DNA of 64,000 nucleotides from Hyaloraphidium curvatum SAG 235-1 (taxonomy: Eukaryota > Fungi > Monoblepharomycota). The notes beneath the pieces are model-generated. The model did no database searches. It had not been told where the DNA came from and saw only the letters and a program-made list of their open reading frames with translations. Where the stretch lies: positions 124,001 to 188,000 of the forward strand of contig JAIVFI010000022.1 in assembly GCA_025558095.1 (NCBI GenBank), written 5' to 3'. Each line of letters opens with the position of its first letter. Position 1 is the stretch's first letter. The position numbers were made by a program, and so were the translations under genes. This document shows, one piece after another, positions 10,868 through 23,109 of this stretch.

Positions 10868-12415
10868 ATGGCGCCGAGACTGCGCCTCCCGGCCGTTGTT
10901 TTCCTGCTTTTCTTCCTGCTGCCCGGGACGTACCACGCCAGCGGGGCGTCCGTGCCGCTGCCGGCCGACCGCGACGCGTCGCAACGCGTGCTCCCGCTCC
11001 CCGCCGGCACCCGCCCCGGCGCGGACTCGTACCGCGTCACCTCGCTCCCGGGGGTGCCGAAGGACGTTTTGGCGCAGTACACGCAGCATGCGGGGTTAGT
11101 GGACGTCGACGCGGCGTCCAGGGGCAGCATGTTCTTCTGGCTTGTCGCAGGGCGCGGCGACAGGGGGACAGCTGCCGGGCGGGACAAGAGGCCGCTGATC
11201 CTGTGGCTGCAGGGCGGGCCCGGGTGCTCCGGCATGACGGGACTTTTCCTCGAACACGGGCCGTTCCGCGTCGTTTCGGCTGGGGAGGACGGCGTGGAGC
11301 CCGAGGTCCGGCACAACGTGCCCAACTGGATCTCGGCCGGGGCGGACGTGCTCTATGTGGACCAGCCCGTCGGGACCGGCTTCTCCACGGCTCGATCGCC
11401 GCAGGATTGGAACAGGGACGAGCTCGCGGTGTCGGCGAACCTCGTCGCCGTCCTCGAAGCGTGGTTCCGGATCTTCCCCGCGTACCGGGGCTCGGATTTC
11501 TTCGTCGCGGGCGAGAGCTACGGCGGGCAGTACGTGCCGTACTTGGCGTCCGCGATCCTGAAGAGGAACGCTGCCGCCTCGGGCCCCAGGCCGATCAATC
11601 TCAAGGGGATCGCGATCGGCAACGGCAAGACGGACCCCATGGCGCTCTACTCCAGCCTCATCCCCATCGGCGATGCGCGCGGCCTGTTCCCTCCCAACAC
11701 CTCCTTCCGGGACCGCGCCCTGCGCCACATGGCCGAATGCGCCGAGGAGCAGAACGAGTCCCTCCTCATACTCCGCGAGTCCTGCGAGAAGGTGCTGCAG
11801 ACGGTGCTCCTTGCCTCGCGGACGAGCCCGCGGTACGCACCCTGCGGTGCCAACGTGTACGACCTGAGGATCGTGGACAAGTCGTCCGACTGCTCCGCGG
11901 AGTGGCCGCCCGGATCGAACGCCTTCCGCGCCTACGTCGCGCGGTCCGACGTGGCCAAGGCCGTGCACGCGGACCGCTCTCCGCCATGGGCACCCTGCAA
12001 CGCGGACGTCGGGGCCTTGCTGAACAACGAGACCGTCGCGCCGAGCTCCACCCTGCTGCCCTCGATAGTAAGGTCGGGCGTGCGCCTGCTCCTCTACGCG
12101 GGGGCGGAGGACATGCTCTGCTCGCCGCTTTCGCAGGCGTTCGCGGCCGGGAACCTCACCTGGGACGGCCACCGAGGGTTCACCAACGCGTCGGCGGAGG
12201 AACCGTTCGTCCTTCGGGGCGCGGAGAGAGCGGGGACGGCCAGGGAGGAGGGCAGGGTGGCGCTCGTGACGATCGACGGGGCGAGCCATCTGGCGCCGTT
12301 CGACCAACCGGAAGCCGCCGCCGAACTGATCATGAGGTTCGCGCAGGGGCGGAGGCTGGCGTCGGGGCGGCGGAGGGGAAAGCCGCGGTTCGTGAAGCAG
12401 GGCAGATCCACCTAG
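10868..12415 (+). CDS. Secreted serine carboxypeptidase, family S10 (Kex1/CPY-like)
   Basis: Signal peptide, LWLQGGPGCS, VDQPVGTGFS, catalytic GESYGG, GIAIGNG, ASHLAPFDQP. Confidence 0.92.
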   Translation: MAPRLRLPAVVFLLFFLLPGTYHASGASVPLPADRDASQRVLPLPAGTRPGADSYRVTSLPGVPKDVLAQYTQHAGLVDVDAASRGSMFFWLVAGRGDRGTAAGRDKRPLILWLQGGPGCSGMTGLFLEHGPFRVVSAGEDGVEPEVRHNVPNWISAGADVLYVDQPVGTGFSTARSPQDWNRDELAVSANLVAVLEAWFRIFPAYRGSDFFVAGESYGGQYVPYLASAILKRNAAASGPRPINLKGIAIGNGKTDPMALYSSLIPIGDARGLFPPNTSFRDRALRHMAECAEEQNESLLILRESCEKVLQTVLLASRTSPRYAPCGANVYDLRIVDKSSDCSAEWPPGSNAFRAYVARSDVAKAVHADRSPPWAPCNADVGALLNNETVAPSSTLLPSIVRSGVRLLLYAGAEDMLCSPLSQAFAAGNLTWDGHRGFTNASAEEPFVLRGAERAGTAREEGRVALVTIDGASHLAPFDQPEAAAELIMRFAQGRRLASGRRRGKPRFVKQGRST

Positions 12416-12591
12416 TGCACATCCCGCGGAGGGAAATAGAAAGAGGAGGGCTCCTGGATTTGGGGTACAGTTTTCGGAGGATCGGGTCGGGCCTGGGCTC
12501 GGCGGCACTAGCCCCGACGAGGGAAGCATAGCATCATTCCACCTTGCCGCAACCCCCGACTCGCCCCCTCCCCGTGCAAAAAACGCCTGCA

Positions 12592-14457
12592 ATGCTGGCC
12601 CAAATCCTCCTATCGCCCTGGGTCTTTATTCCCCTCGCGGCTGTGGCCGCCGTGCTGTGGTTCTGGCCGAACACCATCGTCGGTTCGCGGCGCCGCACCG
12701 ATGTCCCCGTGGCGCCGGGCGCGGTCCCGCTGCTCGGGCACCTCCTCGCGATGAAGAAGATTGCCCCGCGGCGCAACGATTTCCTCGCCACGGCGGCGCG
12801 CGACCTCGGCGAGGCACGTGGCATGCAGCGCGCGCCGGCACCGCAACTGAGCAGGCACCCCACGTCCAGGTCGTGCGTCAAACCTTCTGGTCGCCCGTAA
12901 CCGGGTTCGCGGACGTGTTCCTGCTCACGAATGTGGCCGACGTCGAGGCCGTGTACCGGAACCCGTGGGATTTCCCCAAGGGCAAGTTCGGGCCCGTCGT
13001 CGGCAGGGAGCTGTTGGGGCACGGGATCTTCGCCTCGGACGGAGACCACTGGAAGTTCCAGCGGAAGCTGGCCAGCAACATATTCAACGTCAAGAACTTC
13101 AAGGTGGGCCGAGGCGCGAGGAACGTGGGGCGCCAACTGATCGTCTCCCGTAGGACCTGTTCGGCCCCGTCTTCGAGCGCGACGGCAAGGACATCGTGCG
13201 GCACCTCTCGCAGGCGGCCGAGACGGGCGCCGCCATCGACCTGCAGGACCTGTTCCTTCGCGCCACCGTGGACACCTTCGCGACGTGCGCAATGGGCATG
13301 CAGCTCGGGGCCCTGGACGTGGACTACGCCCTCGTGGATTCGGTCGATGCCGCCGGCAACGTCTACAAGTCGTACAAGCTCCCCGATGTCGAATTCGCCC
13401 AGGCCTTCGACGACGCGACCCAGATCGTGGCGTCCCGCATGGGGGATCCGTTCTGGAAGACCAACGAGCTCAAGGACGGGCGCAGGACCAGGCTCGATCA
13501 CGCGCTCGGAGTCATCAACACCTTTGCGAAGACGGTGATCGCCAACAAGCGGCAAAACGGGGTCAAGCAGGGGCGCGAGGGGGACATCCTCGATATGTTT
13601 CTCAGTCAACGCGACGACGAGGGGAAGGAGCTCGACGATGAGTTCCTGAGGGACACGGTTCTGAACTTCCTCGTCGCCGGGTGTGTTGGGATCGCGTCGC
13701 GGCCTCAGCGTCGAGCTGATCCTTTTCTCACTCGCCAGCCGCGACACTACCGCGCAGACGCTTTCGTGGGTCTTCTGGAAGCTTGCACAGCACCCCGACG
13801 TCCTGCATCAGGTCCGCGAAGAGGTCCTGCAAGTCGTTGGACGCGAGGGCGAGATCCCGTACGACGCGCTCAAGGACCTGCGGTACTGCAACGCCGTCTG
13901 GAACGAGACGCTTCGCCTCCACCGTTGGTACACGCCCACCTTTGCAATGCGCATCTGATCGTTGTTCTGCAGCCAACGTCCCCGTGCAGTTCCGCCAGTC
14001 CGTCAAGGACTGCGTCCTCCCCGGCACGGGCACCCGGCTGTACAAGGACGACATCACCATGCTCTCGTCCTACGCCATGGGCCGGCAGACGCGCATCTGG
14101 GGGCCCGACGCCGAGGAGTTCAGGCCCGCGAGGTGGCTCGACGAGAAGGGGGGGCTGGTCAAAACGAACCAGTTCCAGTGGCCGGCGTTCAGCGCGGGGC
14201 CGCGGATCTGCTTGGGGATGCAGAGTGAGTTTCGAGGGTCATTTGCAACGCCATGCATGGTCCTGACCCGGATCGCAGTGGCGACGCAGGAGGCGTTGGT
14301 GTTCCTCTGCTCCATCGTGCGGCGTTTCGACCTGCAGGTCGTGAACGAGGACCACCCGTCCAAGTACGGCGTGCCCGAGACGAAGGAGGGGCGCTACATC
14401 TTCGGCATCAGCCTCGGGATGCGCGGAGGCCTCGAGGTGGTGCCAAAGAAGATCTGA
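12592..14457 (+). CDS. Cytochrome P450 (fatty-acid/alkane hydroxylase-like, CYP52/CYP86-type), multi-exon
   Basis: N-terminal anchor, GIFASDG..WKFQRK, I-helix FLVAG|RDTT, ETLR, PARW, heme motif FSAGPRICLG. The first intron (12814-12869) has a GC donor. Confidence 0.92.
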
Positions 14458-15364
14458 GCTTGCAAGTGAAAAAGGATGTGTCATTGACGTATTTGGAATT
14501 CAATGCAAAAGGTATCGCATCAAGGGTGCCGGTACTTTCGTGTTTAAGGTGTCCGGAAACACCGCCTGTTTCAGTGGTATCAGGCTTCCACGCCCTTTTT
14601 TCGTAGTCCAACCGGGATGGGCGCCCGGTCCGGCCCCTTGACGGGTAGATGGCGGCCGTCCCATCCGGCTCGTGCCCCGTATTGGCCGTCGGCGCTCCCA
14701 TTCAAGGGAGGTTCGGCCCCGGGGCACGGCCGCCACCAGTGCGCGCTCGGCAGGGAGCCTCGGCGGGCCACTCGGGGCCGCTCCGCCCGCGATCGCGCAC
14801 CGCATTGCCAATTTGGTAACCGAGCTGGTTCGGATGCGATGGTGGTGGAGGATGATGGGGGAATATATTGATGCTGCTGTGGGCGAGGACGAATTTCGTG
14901 TGGCCGCGACCCGTGGCGAGCTGAGGGTGCGGGCTGGTGATCCTCACTATCCACCGTCCCGTCGCATCTAACCAACCGGCCACTCCTGCGCGCGTAAATC
15001 GATCAAGCCCTTCATAAAGAAGATTCCAGCGAGCGCAAAATTCTTGCTTGCTTGCTCCGATCGACGAGAAGTTTCGACGCAGCGGAACTTGACGGGGTGC
15101 AGCGTGCGCTGACGGAGAGCTGCGGATTTCGACCTCGTCGGTAACTGAGCCGGATGCGCGGAGGACGAAATGATACTGTGAAAGCTTGCGAGTGACGGAA
15201 AGGGAATCGCGTGGCATGCGATGATTTCGCATGGCTATTTGGCGCTCCAGGGCCCAGGCGGCGCATGACGCAACAAGGACGCAAACTCTTTAAGGCCTCT
15301 GCCGCTCCCCTTTCGGCGATTGGACGTCGGCAGAAGACCGCCTCTTGCTCACAACGGACACACG

Positions 15365-16057
15365 ATGTCGCTGCTCTACAACATCGTGGGTGCCGGCCAG
15401 TCCCAATGAACTCAGAAGACCTGACCTCGAACTCGCTCGTTGCCAGGTTTACACAATCCTCCTCGGGGAATGTTCAGTCCTCACCTTCTTCGTGCTCCCC
15501 ATCCCACTCGAGATGCGCAAGGACGCCCTGGAGTTCCTGAGCTCGAACCCGGCCGTCCAGCAGTTACTTCACGCGGTCCGCATCTCGTTCATCGGAGTGG
15601 GCGTGCTGTTCTTGGACGCTTGGAGGATCGTCTACGCCGATGTGCCGCCCGGGGGCCATGACGATGACGTGGTGAAGAAGAGAAACATGTCAATGGGTTT
15701 TGACCAGCAGGCTCGATTCTGGCGGGCGCAACGCAACCTCTGTGAGGCTCCCGTTCCTGCCCGGCAAGATAATAGGAGGCTCTGACCTCACCTCGTGCGC
15801 AGACTTGACCGGATTCACTTTGTTCCTTGGCTTTGTGCTTTACTGCTTCTTTGAGACGCTGCTCGAGCTCCAGGGCGAGGTCCAGGCTGCCAAGAAACGA
15901 GCTGAAGAGGATGCGCGGCAGAAGTATGAGTAAGTGAACCTCAGGCCAATGATTGAAGGGGTTTGCGATATACACACGTAGAGAACTGAACGAGGCCCGC
16001 GAGGCAGAGGAGCGCAAAGCTTTGCAGCGAAAATGTGAAGAGCTACTGGCGATGTGA
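15365..16057 (+). CDS. BAP29/BAP31 (Yet-like) ER membrane protein, multi-exon
   Basis: MSLLYNI|VYTILLGEC..FFVLPIP..R, LFLDAWR, ARFWRAQRNL|YLTGFTLFL, coiled-coil tail. Confidence 0.85.
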
Positions 16058-16167
16058 GCCAAATGGATCCTCGACGTGCACGCTTCCAACCCCAAAGATG
16101 CTTGATCCGGTCTAGTGTAGAGAATCTAGCGTCTAGCGCAAATAAGCCGTCGCCAACCGCGAGGGCG

Positions 16168-17174
16168 CTACCACGGCAGCTCGCCGCCATCGAAGCTCCT
16201 GAACCTCCCGTTGTCTCCCTCCCCCAGGCTCTCCACCACGTCCAGCATCCCCTTGACCGACTGCTCCGGCGACACCGGCGCCGTCGGCCCGCCCTGTAGT
16301 CGCGAGTGAGCCCCGGGCCGGGATCGACGGGACGGGCGCGCCCACCATGTCCGTGCTGACCCATCCGGGGTGGATGGGAACGACGATGAAGCCCTCGGGT
16401 CCCAGAGTCTTGGCGAAGCAGTGGGTCGCTGTCGATGAGCCGGGGCGGGCAATCAGTCCCGTTCGCCGGGATCGAGCGACCTCGCGAACGCACCCATGTT
16501 GAGCGCGGCCTTCGAGACGCGGTAGGACACGTCCCCTCCGGATGCGCTCCTCGCCATGCTCCCCATGATGGAGGAGATGTTTAAGATTACTTTCGTTTCC
16601 TTCTTGTGGAGGCTGGGCACGAGGGATTCCGAAATGAGCACGGGGCCGACGACGTTGGTGAGGAAGGTCGAGTTCAACTGCTCCCCGGTCCTGGACCCGG
16701 AATCAGAGGATGACCAGCACAAACAAGAGCGAGGGCCGGATGGACTTACGTTTCGAGCGGGGGGACGCCGCTGATTAGCCGACCGGCATTGTTGACGAGC
16801 ACGTCGATCCCGTCCGGGAAGAGCCGCTCGATCTCGGCCGCCGCTTTGGAAATGCTCGACTCCGAGTCCGCATCGAGTTGCACGACCTAGAACCGGCCGT
16901 AACGCGGCCCCGACGTCAGCAGTCCACCCGTCCTTGTCAAGATCCCAGTTTCCCACCTCCACCTTTCCTCCACCGGCCTTCCGCACCTCATCCCCTTTGC
17001 TCAAATCCCGCACGCACGCGGCGATCCTCCCCCCGGGCCACCTCGCCGCGATCTGCCGCACGAACTCGAGCCCGCTTCGGAGCCTCAACGACGCGTCCTC
17101 GGCGGGGGACTGGCAACCCACAGCCCGCGCGACGCGCCGGTGACGATGATGGTCGGATTCGACAGCGGAGGCAT
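16168..17174 (-). CDS. C-factor/CsgA-like short-chain dehydrogenase, multi-exon
   Basis: IIVTGASRGL|GLEFVRQ, IDVLVNNAG, NISSIMGS, YRVSKAALNM, HPGWVSTDM, FRSFDGGELPW*. Confidence 0.88.
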
Positions 17175-17359
17175 TTTCGAACGCGTGCCCTGGCGGCGAG
17201 TCGAGGCGAGGTGGTGGCAAGGAGCGGTGTTCAAGGAGCGGTGTTTACGAGAGCGCAATCAGCCGCAGCATCGCCAATCGCGCCACCTGCTCAATCTCCG
17301 GTGCCGCCTGCCAACGCGTCCATATACTTGCTTCGGGAGATCCTTCTACGTCTCGCGAA

Positions 17360-18001
17360 ATGGCCGACGCCGCCCCGCCCGCGCCGCCGCCCGTCACCGG
17401 CCCCGCCGGCGCCACCGACACCGGCGTCCCGCTGTCGACGGCCGGGTTCCCGTACCCGATCGACCACTGGGACTGCCACATTTGTACGACGGCTGGTGCA
17501 CGAGGCGATCCGTTCCTGACGGAAGGACGGCAGACTTCCTGCAGACCAACCCGAAGCAGACCGAGTTTGCGCGACAGCTCCGCGAGACCATCTCGGGGCT
17601 GTTTCCGCAGCTCAAGATGTGGCCGTTCCACGACTACCCGCACGGTTGGTTGCTCGACACTTGGTGACTCTGAGCAAGGTTCACGAAGGTCGCAGGGCCC
17701 CACACGGTCGGCATGTTCGAAGTGGACGTCCGCACCCCCGCAGGTCCGCACCTCTCGCTCGTTCTCCGTCCCCTCCTCACCCGCTCCCCTTCCAGATTTC
17801 TCCGTCTTCATCCCCTGGCTCACCCTCAACCGCGGCCCCCTCTCGATCCTCGTGCACCCCCACCGGCGAGGCCCCGAGGCCGAGGCCGAGCCCCGCGCGG
17901 CGAGGGAGGTCAAGGACCACTACCAGCACTCGTTCTGGATGGGGGACAAGCACCACCTGGACTTTGAGAAGCTGTTCGGGGACCAGGTGCCGAAAATTTG
18001 A
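17360..18001 (+). CDS. DOPA 4,5-dioxygenase (fungal DODA family), multi-exon
   Basis: WDCHI|[40 protein letters not shown]. Confidence 0.88.
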   Translation: MADAAPPAPPPVTGPAGATDTGVPLSTAGFPYPIDHWDCHICTTAGARGDPFLTEGRQTSCRPTRSRPSLRDSSARPSRGCFRSSRCGRSTTTRTVGCSTLGDSEQGSRRSQGPTRSACSKWTSAPPQVRTSRSFSVPSSPAPLPDFSVFIPWLTLNRGPLSILVHPHRRGPEAEAEPRAAREVKDHYQHSFWMGDKHHLDFEKLFGDQVPKI

Positions 18002-18085
18002 GGCGACGTTCGGGAGGAGGTATTGTCGATTGTGGAGAGGTGTACATGGCGGAGGAGTTCCAAGAGAGAGGTTGGGGGAAGTGTC

Positions 18086-18715
18086 CTAGAAGGGCCGTCC
18101 GCGAGGTGCGCCGGGTCCGGCGCCGCGGGGGAATCGTCCCCGTGTACGTTGTGCCTGTGGATGCGGCAACAGCCAAGGTCAACCACAGCAATGGTCGGCA
18201 CGACATGCCGCAACCCACCCTGAGCACTGTCGCCCTCCCCCTTCCCATCCCGATCCCCTTCCCCGTCGACTTCCTCGGGTCCATTCTCTTGAACATCGGC
18301 GCGTTCTTGAGCATGTCCGGCACCACCACGAACCGGACCTGGCTCCCGCGGACGTACACCTGGTCCAGCTGCGTCACGCGGCCGTCACGGTGCGTGGCCG
18401 TGACGTCCTTGAGCTGCATGTTCATGTTGTCCTCCACGTCCAGGAGCTTGCCGCGGTACACGAGCGAGGTCTTCAGCTCGAGCGTGACGACGTGGCCGGA
18501 GGCCTCGTGGAGGAGCTTGACGGGGACGCCGATACTGGGAATCCGGAGTATAAGACCCTGCCGTCCAAAACGCAGCGCGATTCCGGGCAGGCGACCGGGC
18601 AGGACGTCGATGGGCTCCCCCAAGAGGCGACGCGTCCGCCCCTCCCTGCCCGCCTTTCCGCCCGCCCACTGCCCGCCTCCGCCGCCTCGCCGCGCGCACC
18701 GCCTTCTCACCTCAT
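18086..18715 (-). CDS. SMD3: Small nuclear ribonucleoprotein Sm D3 (3 exons)
   Basis: MS|[53 protein letters not shown] and an RG-rich tail. Confidence 0.95.
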
Positions 18716-19556
18716 TTTGCTGCGTCCCGCGGCGGCCCCGCGCGGGCGTCAGCAGAGATGGGCGGGGAGGAAGAGAGGTGAGTTTTGCTGCGCGGTAGCG
18801 GGTGACCGTGCGGAAGGCCTGGGGCGCCAAGCTGGAGGCGGTGGACAGGGACCCTGGGCCGGCTGTTTGGTACGCACTGCGCTGAGCGAGATGCAAGGTA
18901 GCTACATGACGAGTCGGCCGGCGGGACTCTGCACAAGCGCCCGAGGTGCACGGCTCACGTCTGTGCCAAGCCGCAAAGCGCAGCCAGAGTCGCTCTGGCC
19001 GAGAGACTTTCACATCGGACACCTGAAATCGGATGAAGGATGGGAAATGAATGGAATGAGCTCGGAGAACGGGGACATATGGGTCTGGTCTGGCAGCAAC
19101 TGACTGCCCGGACGGCCTTGCTCTTGACTCTACTCCAATAATCTTGCGATCGACTCGCATAAACCATCGGGCTAGCTTCCCCATCGTACTAGATGATGCC
19201 CTGGAAAGTGGTATTCGGTTCGGTATCAAAGGCGGTGGCCCGAGGCAGGCCGACTGGTAAGCCGAGCCCAGGCACCCCGGAAAACCGCACCTCCACCAAG
19301 CGAGAGGTTTCGGAATCACGCCCGGCCGCAGGGCAGATGCTCCATCCGTTGCTTGACTCAACGTCCTTGGTCCCCTCGATGCGTCAGATCCCCGTTTGAT
19401 GCTTTGCGGCGACGGATGAGCCAGCCCAAACACCGCCGGCGGGGGTCCACCCAGCCTCACTTCCAGCATTAGGCCCCAAACGGGCAAACCGATCCCCGAC
19501 CTCTCCTGAGCCCCCATTCGCCCTCCGCGGTGCCCGCACCCAGCGGCTCCCGCGCG

Positions 19557-22500
19557 ATGGGCTCCCCGACGGGCGCGGGCCGGGCGCGCGGCCCGGTAGC
19601 GCTGTGCCTGGCGCTGCTCGCCGCTCTCCTTCTCGCGGCGTGGCCGAGGACCGCAGAGGCCATTCCGTACAACCTGCCGGCGGGGTTCACGTGGGACGAT
19701 GTGGCGAAGAACCTCGGGTGCGTGGAGCTGCTGGAAATGGGAGGGCGAAGGGCACCGGAGGGGTGGCGGAGCCCGGGGAGAGGGGGGCCCGATCCTCTGC
19801 TATCGGGGGCCCTCAAACGGCACCATGGGGCCAGTTACTGGCTCTGTGGAGGCACCGGAGCCGCGATGCGGGTCGACCGGGCCCGATGCCCCCATTGGGT
19901 GCTGTTTGGCCGTCTCGAGCCCGTCGCTGACTCCGATCTCCTCCTTCTCCCCACGGCAGCCTGGTCACCGACTTCCTCTTCCTCCCGGACGAACGCATGC
20001 TCGTCTCCACCAAAAATGGCCGCATCCTCGTGGTCAAGGCCAACCTCGTCTCCAACATTGCCGCGGACCTCTCTAAGCTGGTCGGCACGGCCTTCGGCGA
20101 CCGCGGCCTAGTGCGCATGGTGCACCACCCCGACTTTGGCAAGGGCAACGGGAAGGACTTCATCTACATCGCCTACGTGTACGACCCGTCGGCCGCGGAG
20201 GCCGACTTGTGGTTCGGCGGGCTGAAGGCCGACCTTGGGGAGAACCTGGCGGCGCCGGCGGGGCCGAAGATGGACCGGCTGTCGCGGTTCAGGATGGAGG
20301 GCGACACCATCGTCGCCGACAGCGAGGAGATTCTCATCGGCAACTGCCAGTTCAGGCAGGGCCGGTGGTGGGGCGACGACGTGAGTTGCCTCTGGTCCAT
20401 TCGGCCTTCGATGCTGACCTCCCGCTCTGTGCAGTGCTCGCCGATGATCGGCACCACGCACTCCATCAACTGGATGGACTTCGGTCCCGACGGCCAGCTC
20501 TGGGTCTCGGTCGGAGACGGCAACACCTTCGAGGGCGGCTACTGGCTGACCAAGTCGGGAGGCCCCGAGCAGCGGTGGCTTGGCCCCATGGACCCCGACT
20601 TCCTGCCCGGGAAGATTTGGAGGATCGACGAGAACGGCAACGGGCTGCCTGACAACGTGAGCCTTCGATGCGGAGGATTGCATAGCGAGCAGCGTTCTGA
20701 CCATTATTTGCTAGCCGTGGTACAACGGCAACCCGACCGCCGCCCGCTCCCGCGTCTGGGCTCTGGGCATCCGGCAACCGTGGCGCTGCACCTTCGTGCC
20801 CCGGACCAACCCGCCCGAGCTGCTCTGCGGCGTCGTCGGCTGGTACACCTTCGAGTCGCTGCAGCGCATCAAGCGCGCCTCCAACCTCGGCTGGCCGTGC
20901 TACGAGGGCCCCGAGCGCACCCCCGTCCACATCCCCAGCCGCATCAAGCGCGGCATGCCCGCGGACCACGAGCAGCGCATCCCGGACCACCTTGCCGACG
21001 ACGCCGGGTTCGAACGGCACCACCACCACTCAAAGCGCGCCGAGAACCAGGCGACGCCCGACTGGGACCCCAGCGTGTGCGACGGGTACTATGCCGGCGC
21101 CAAGACGGGCTACGTGGGCATCACGGACGAGGTGGCGCAGGCGGACCCGCTCAACGACAACGTGTACGCGTGGCTTCACGAGGGGCAGTCGTCGGCTATC
21201 ATCGGAGGTCCTTTCACACCGTCGTCGTGGGGCCAGCACGCGGACTGCGTGGTCGTTGGCGACTTCGTGCAGAACTCGGTCCGGTGTGTCAAATGGGACT
21301 TTGGTGGGTGCTTCGCGCGCAAGCTTTGGGCGTCGAGTTGACCTACTTTGTCTTCAGCCAACAACCGCCCGGCTGGATGGAACCCGGCCACCGGGTGGAA
21401 GTCGGTCAACGCTCTGGGCCTGCTGGAGGGCAGTGGCGACGTCGTCGGCTTCCGCATCGGCCCCGACGGCAACCTCTGGATCATCGGCCACTGCATCGAC
21501 TGCAACGGTTACGGCGTCCTCCGCCGTCTCATCCCTCCCGGGGGCAACACCTCCTTCCCCTACGGCGTCGACCGCGCGCGCGAGGAGATCGCCGCCGCGC
21601 AGAACGGCGGCGGTTCCACCGGCCTGCCGACCTTCCTCTCGGGCGACCAGTGCTACCCGCAGGACGGTAGCCGCGTCGTGCTCCCCGCGCTGCCCCAGGG
21701 CTGGGACGCCATCATGTACGCGCAGTCCTTCGCCGGCCAGCGCATCTTTGCCCGCAACGGCTACGAGGCCGGCAGGGGCAACTCGTTTGGCCCTGTGGAG
21801 ATCGACTCGTCGGTCGGCGGGCCGGACAAGCTCGACGGCTCGACGCTCTCGGTCTCGGGCATCTGGTTCCCGCGCGGCTTCGGCACCAAGTCCAACAGCG
21901 AGATCCATCTGCGCATCGACGGGTTCTGCTACCGGTTCACCTCGTCGGTCGGCATCGACGACGCCGCCGGCGTTCGCTACATCACGGCCGTGTCGAAGCG
22001 CAAGGCCCTGGGCGAGTTCGTGGTCAAGGCCGACGGGCGTACCGTGCGCAACTACACCGAGATCCCCGCCGGACAGCCGGCGACCGTGGTTGACGTGTCG
22101 GAGCTGCAGGACGTGACGGACCTGGGTCTCTACGGGTGGAGGCCGCAGGGCAACACCATGGCCATGAACACCAGCATCAGCTTCCTGGACTGGGCCGATC
22201 CCAAGCTCTACTGCGGGCCGGACGCTCCGTACATGCCGGTCGTCAGGATCACCTTCCCGACCCGCAAGAACGCCTTCGGCGTGGACGAGAACGTCGTGTT
22301 CGAGGGGTCCGTGTCGGACTACAAGGGCGACCCGCTCCCCGCGAGCTCCTACTCGTGGTACATCAACCTCATCCACTGCCAGGGCGCACGTTGCCACGTA
22401 CGTTGGCTCGAGCCTGCTCGTTCGTGGCCCCGCTGACTCGGTTCCTTCTCCAGACCCACTTCTTCGCCGACTTCAACGGCATCGTCCGCGGCAGCTTCCA

Positions 22501-22776
22501 GACCCTCGCCCACCCCCTCGACAGCCAGGACCAGTACTACTACTACCAGATCCGGCTCGTCGGCACGGACCAATGCGGCCGCCAGGACTGGGACACCGTC
22601 TCGGTCGTGCTGCCGAGCACCTACGGCCCGGCAGGCCTGAACGGACTGTCGATCTGCGGCAGGTCAGTTGGATGGCTGGCTGTCTGGGAGCATTCGCTAA
22701 TCAGCCCCTCTGCAGGATCAACTGCACGTCGACTGACCCGCCGACTGACGAGGACAGGAGAAAGAAGCTCTTTTAG
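19557..22776 (+). CDS. Secreted glucose/sorbosone-dehydrogenase-like beta-propeller + NPCBM/NEW2 domain + PKD-like module, multi-exon
   Basis: Signal peptide; [48 protein letters not shown] motifs: FGPVEIDSS...[11 protein letters not shown]...FTSSVGIDD...DWADPKL. C-terminal module: PASSYSW..IHC..CH.H. Confidence 0.8.
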
Positions 22777-23109
22777 GTCTCACGATCGAGCTGCTGCACG
22801 CACCCCACGATATCGCTATATCACTCGATTTATGTAGTCTCTCGGACTTGAATTAGGTAGTATATCGCGTTCAGATGAACGACACGGATGGATGGATGTC
22901 TTCTTGCGGGACGGGTCCAATTTGCCACAGTTGGCTTCACTCAGGCGTCTCCCAAGCTCTCCTGGAGTCAGCTCGGGCGTCTCTCGTCGACGCCTCCGAG
23001 TTTGTCTTTGTGCCCACGTTTCCGTCCTACGCGGAGGAGCGGCACTTCCCGCGACACCGGGAGTTGCGAACGCGCAGACGGCGCCACTTCCTCCTTCGAC
23101 GTCGTCAAC

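Noticed and set aside
14545-14590. Minus-strand CTGATA...GAAA as a hammerhead ribozyme core
   Set aside because: The core deviates from CUGANGA and the three-stem arrangement is missing.
17910-19517. 535-aa ORF containing Sm D3, suggesting a fusion protein
   Set aside because: It reads through stop-free introns and upstream DNA. Canonical splice sites give a normal Sm D3 at 18086-18715.
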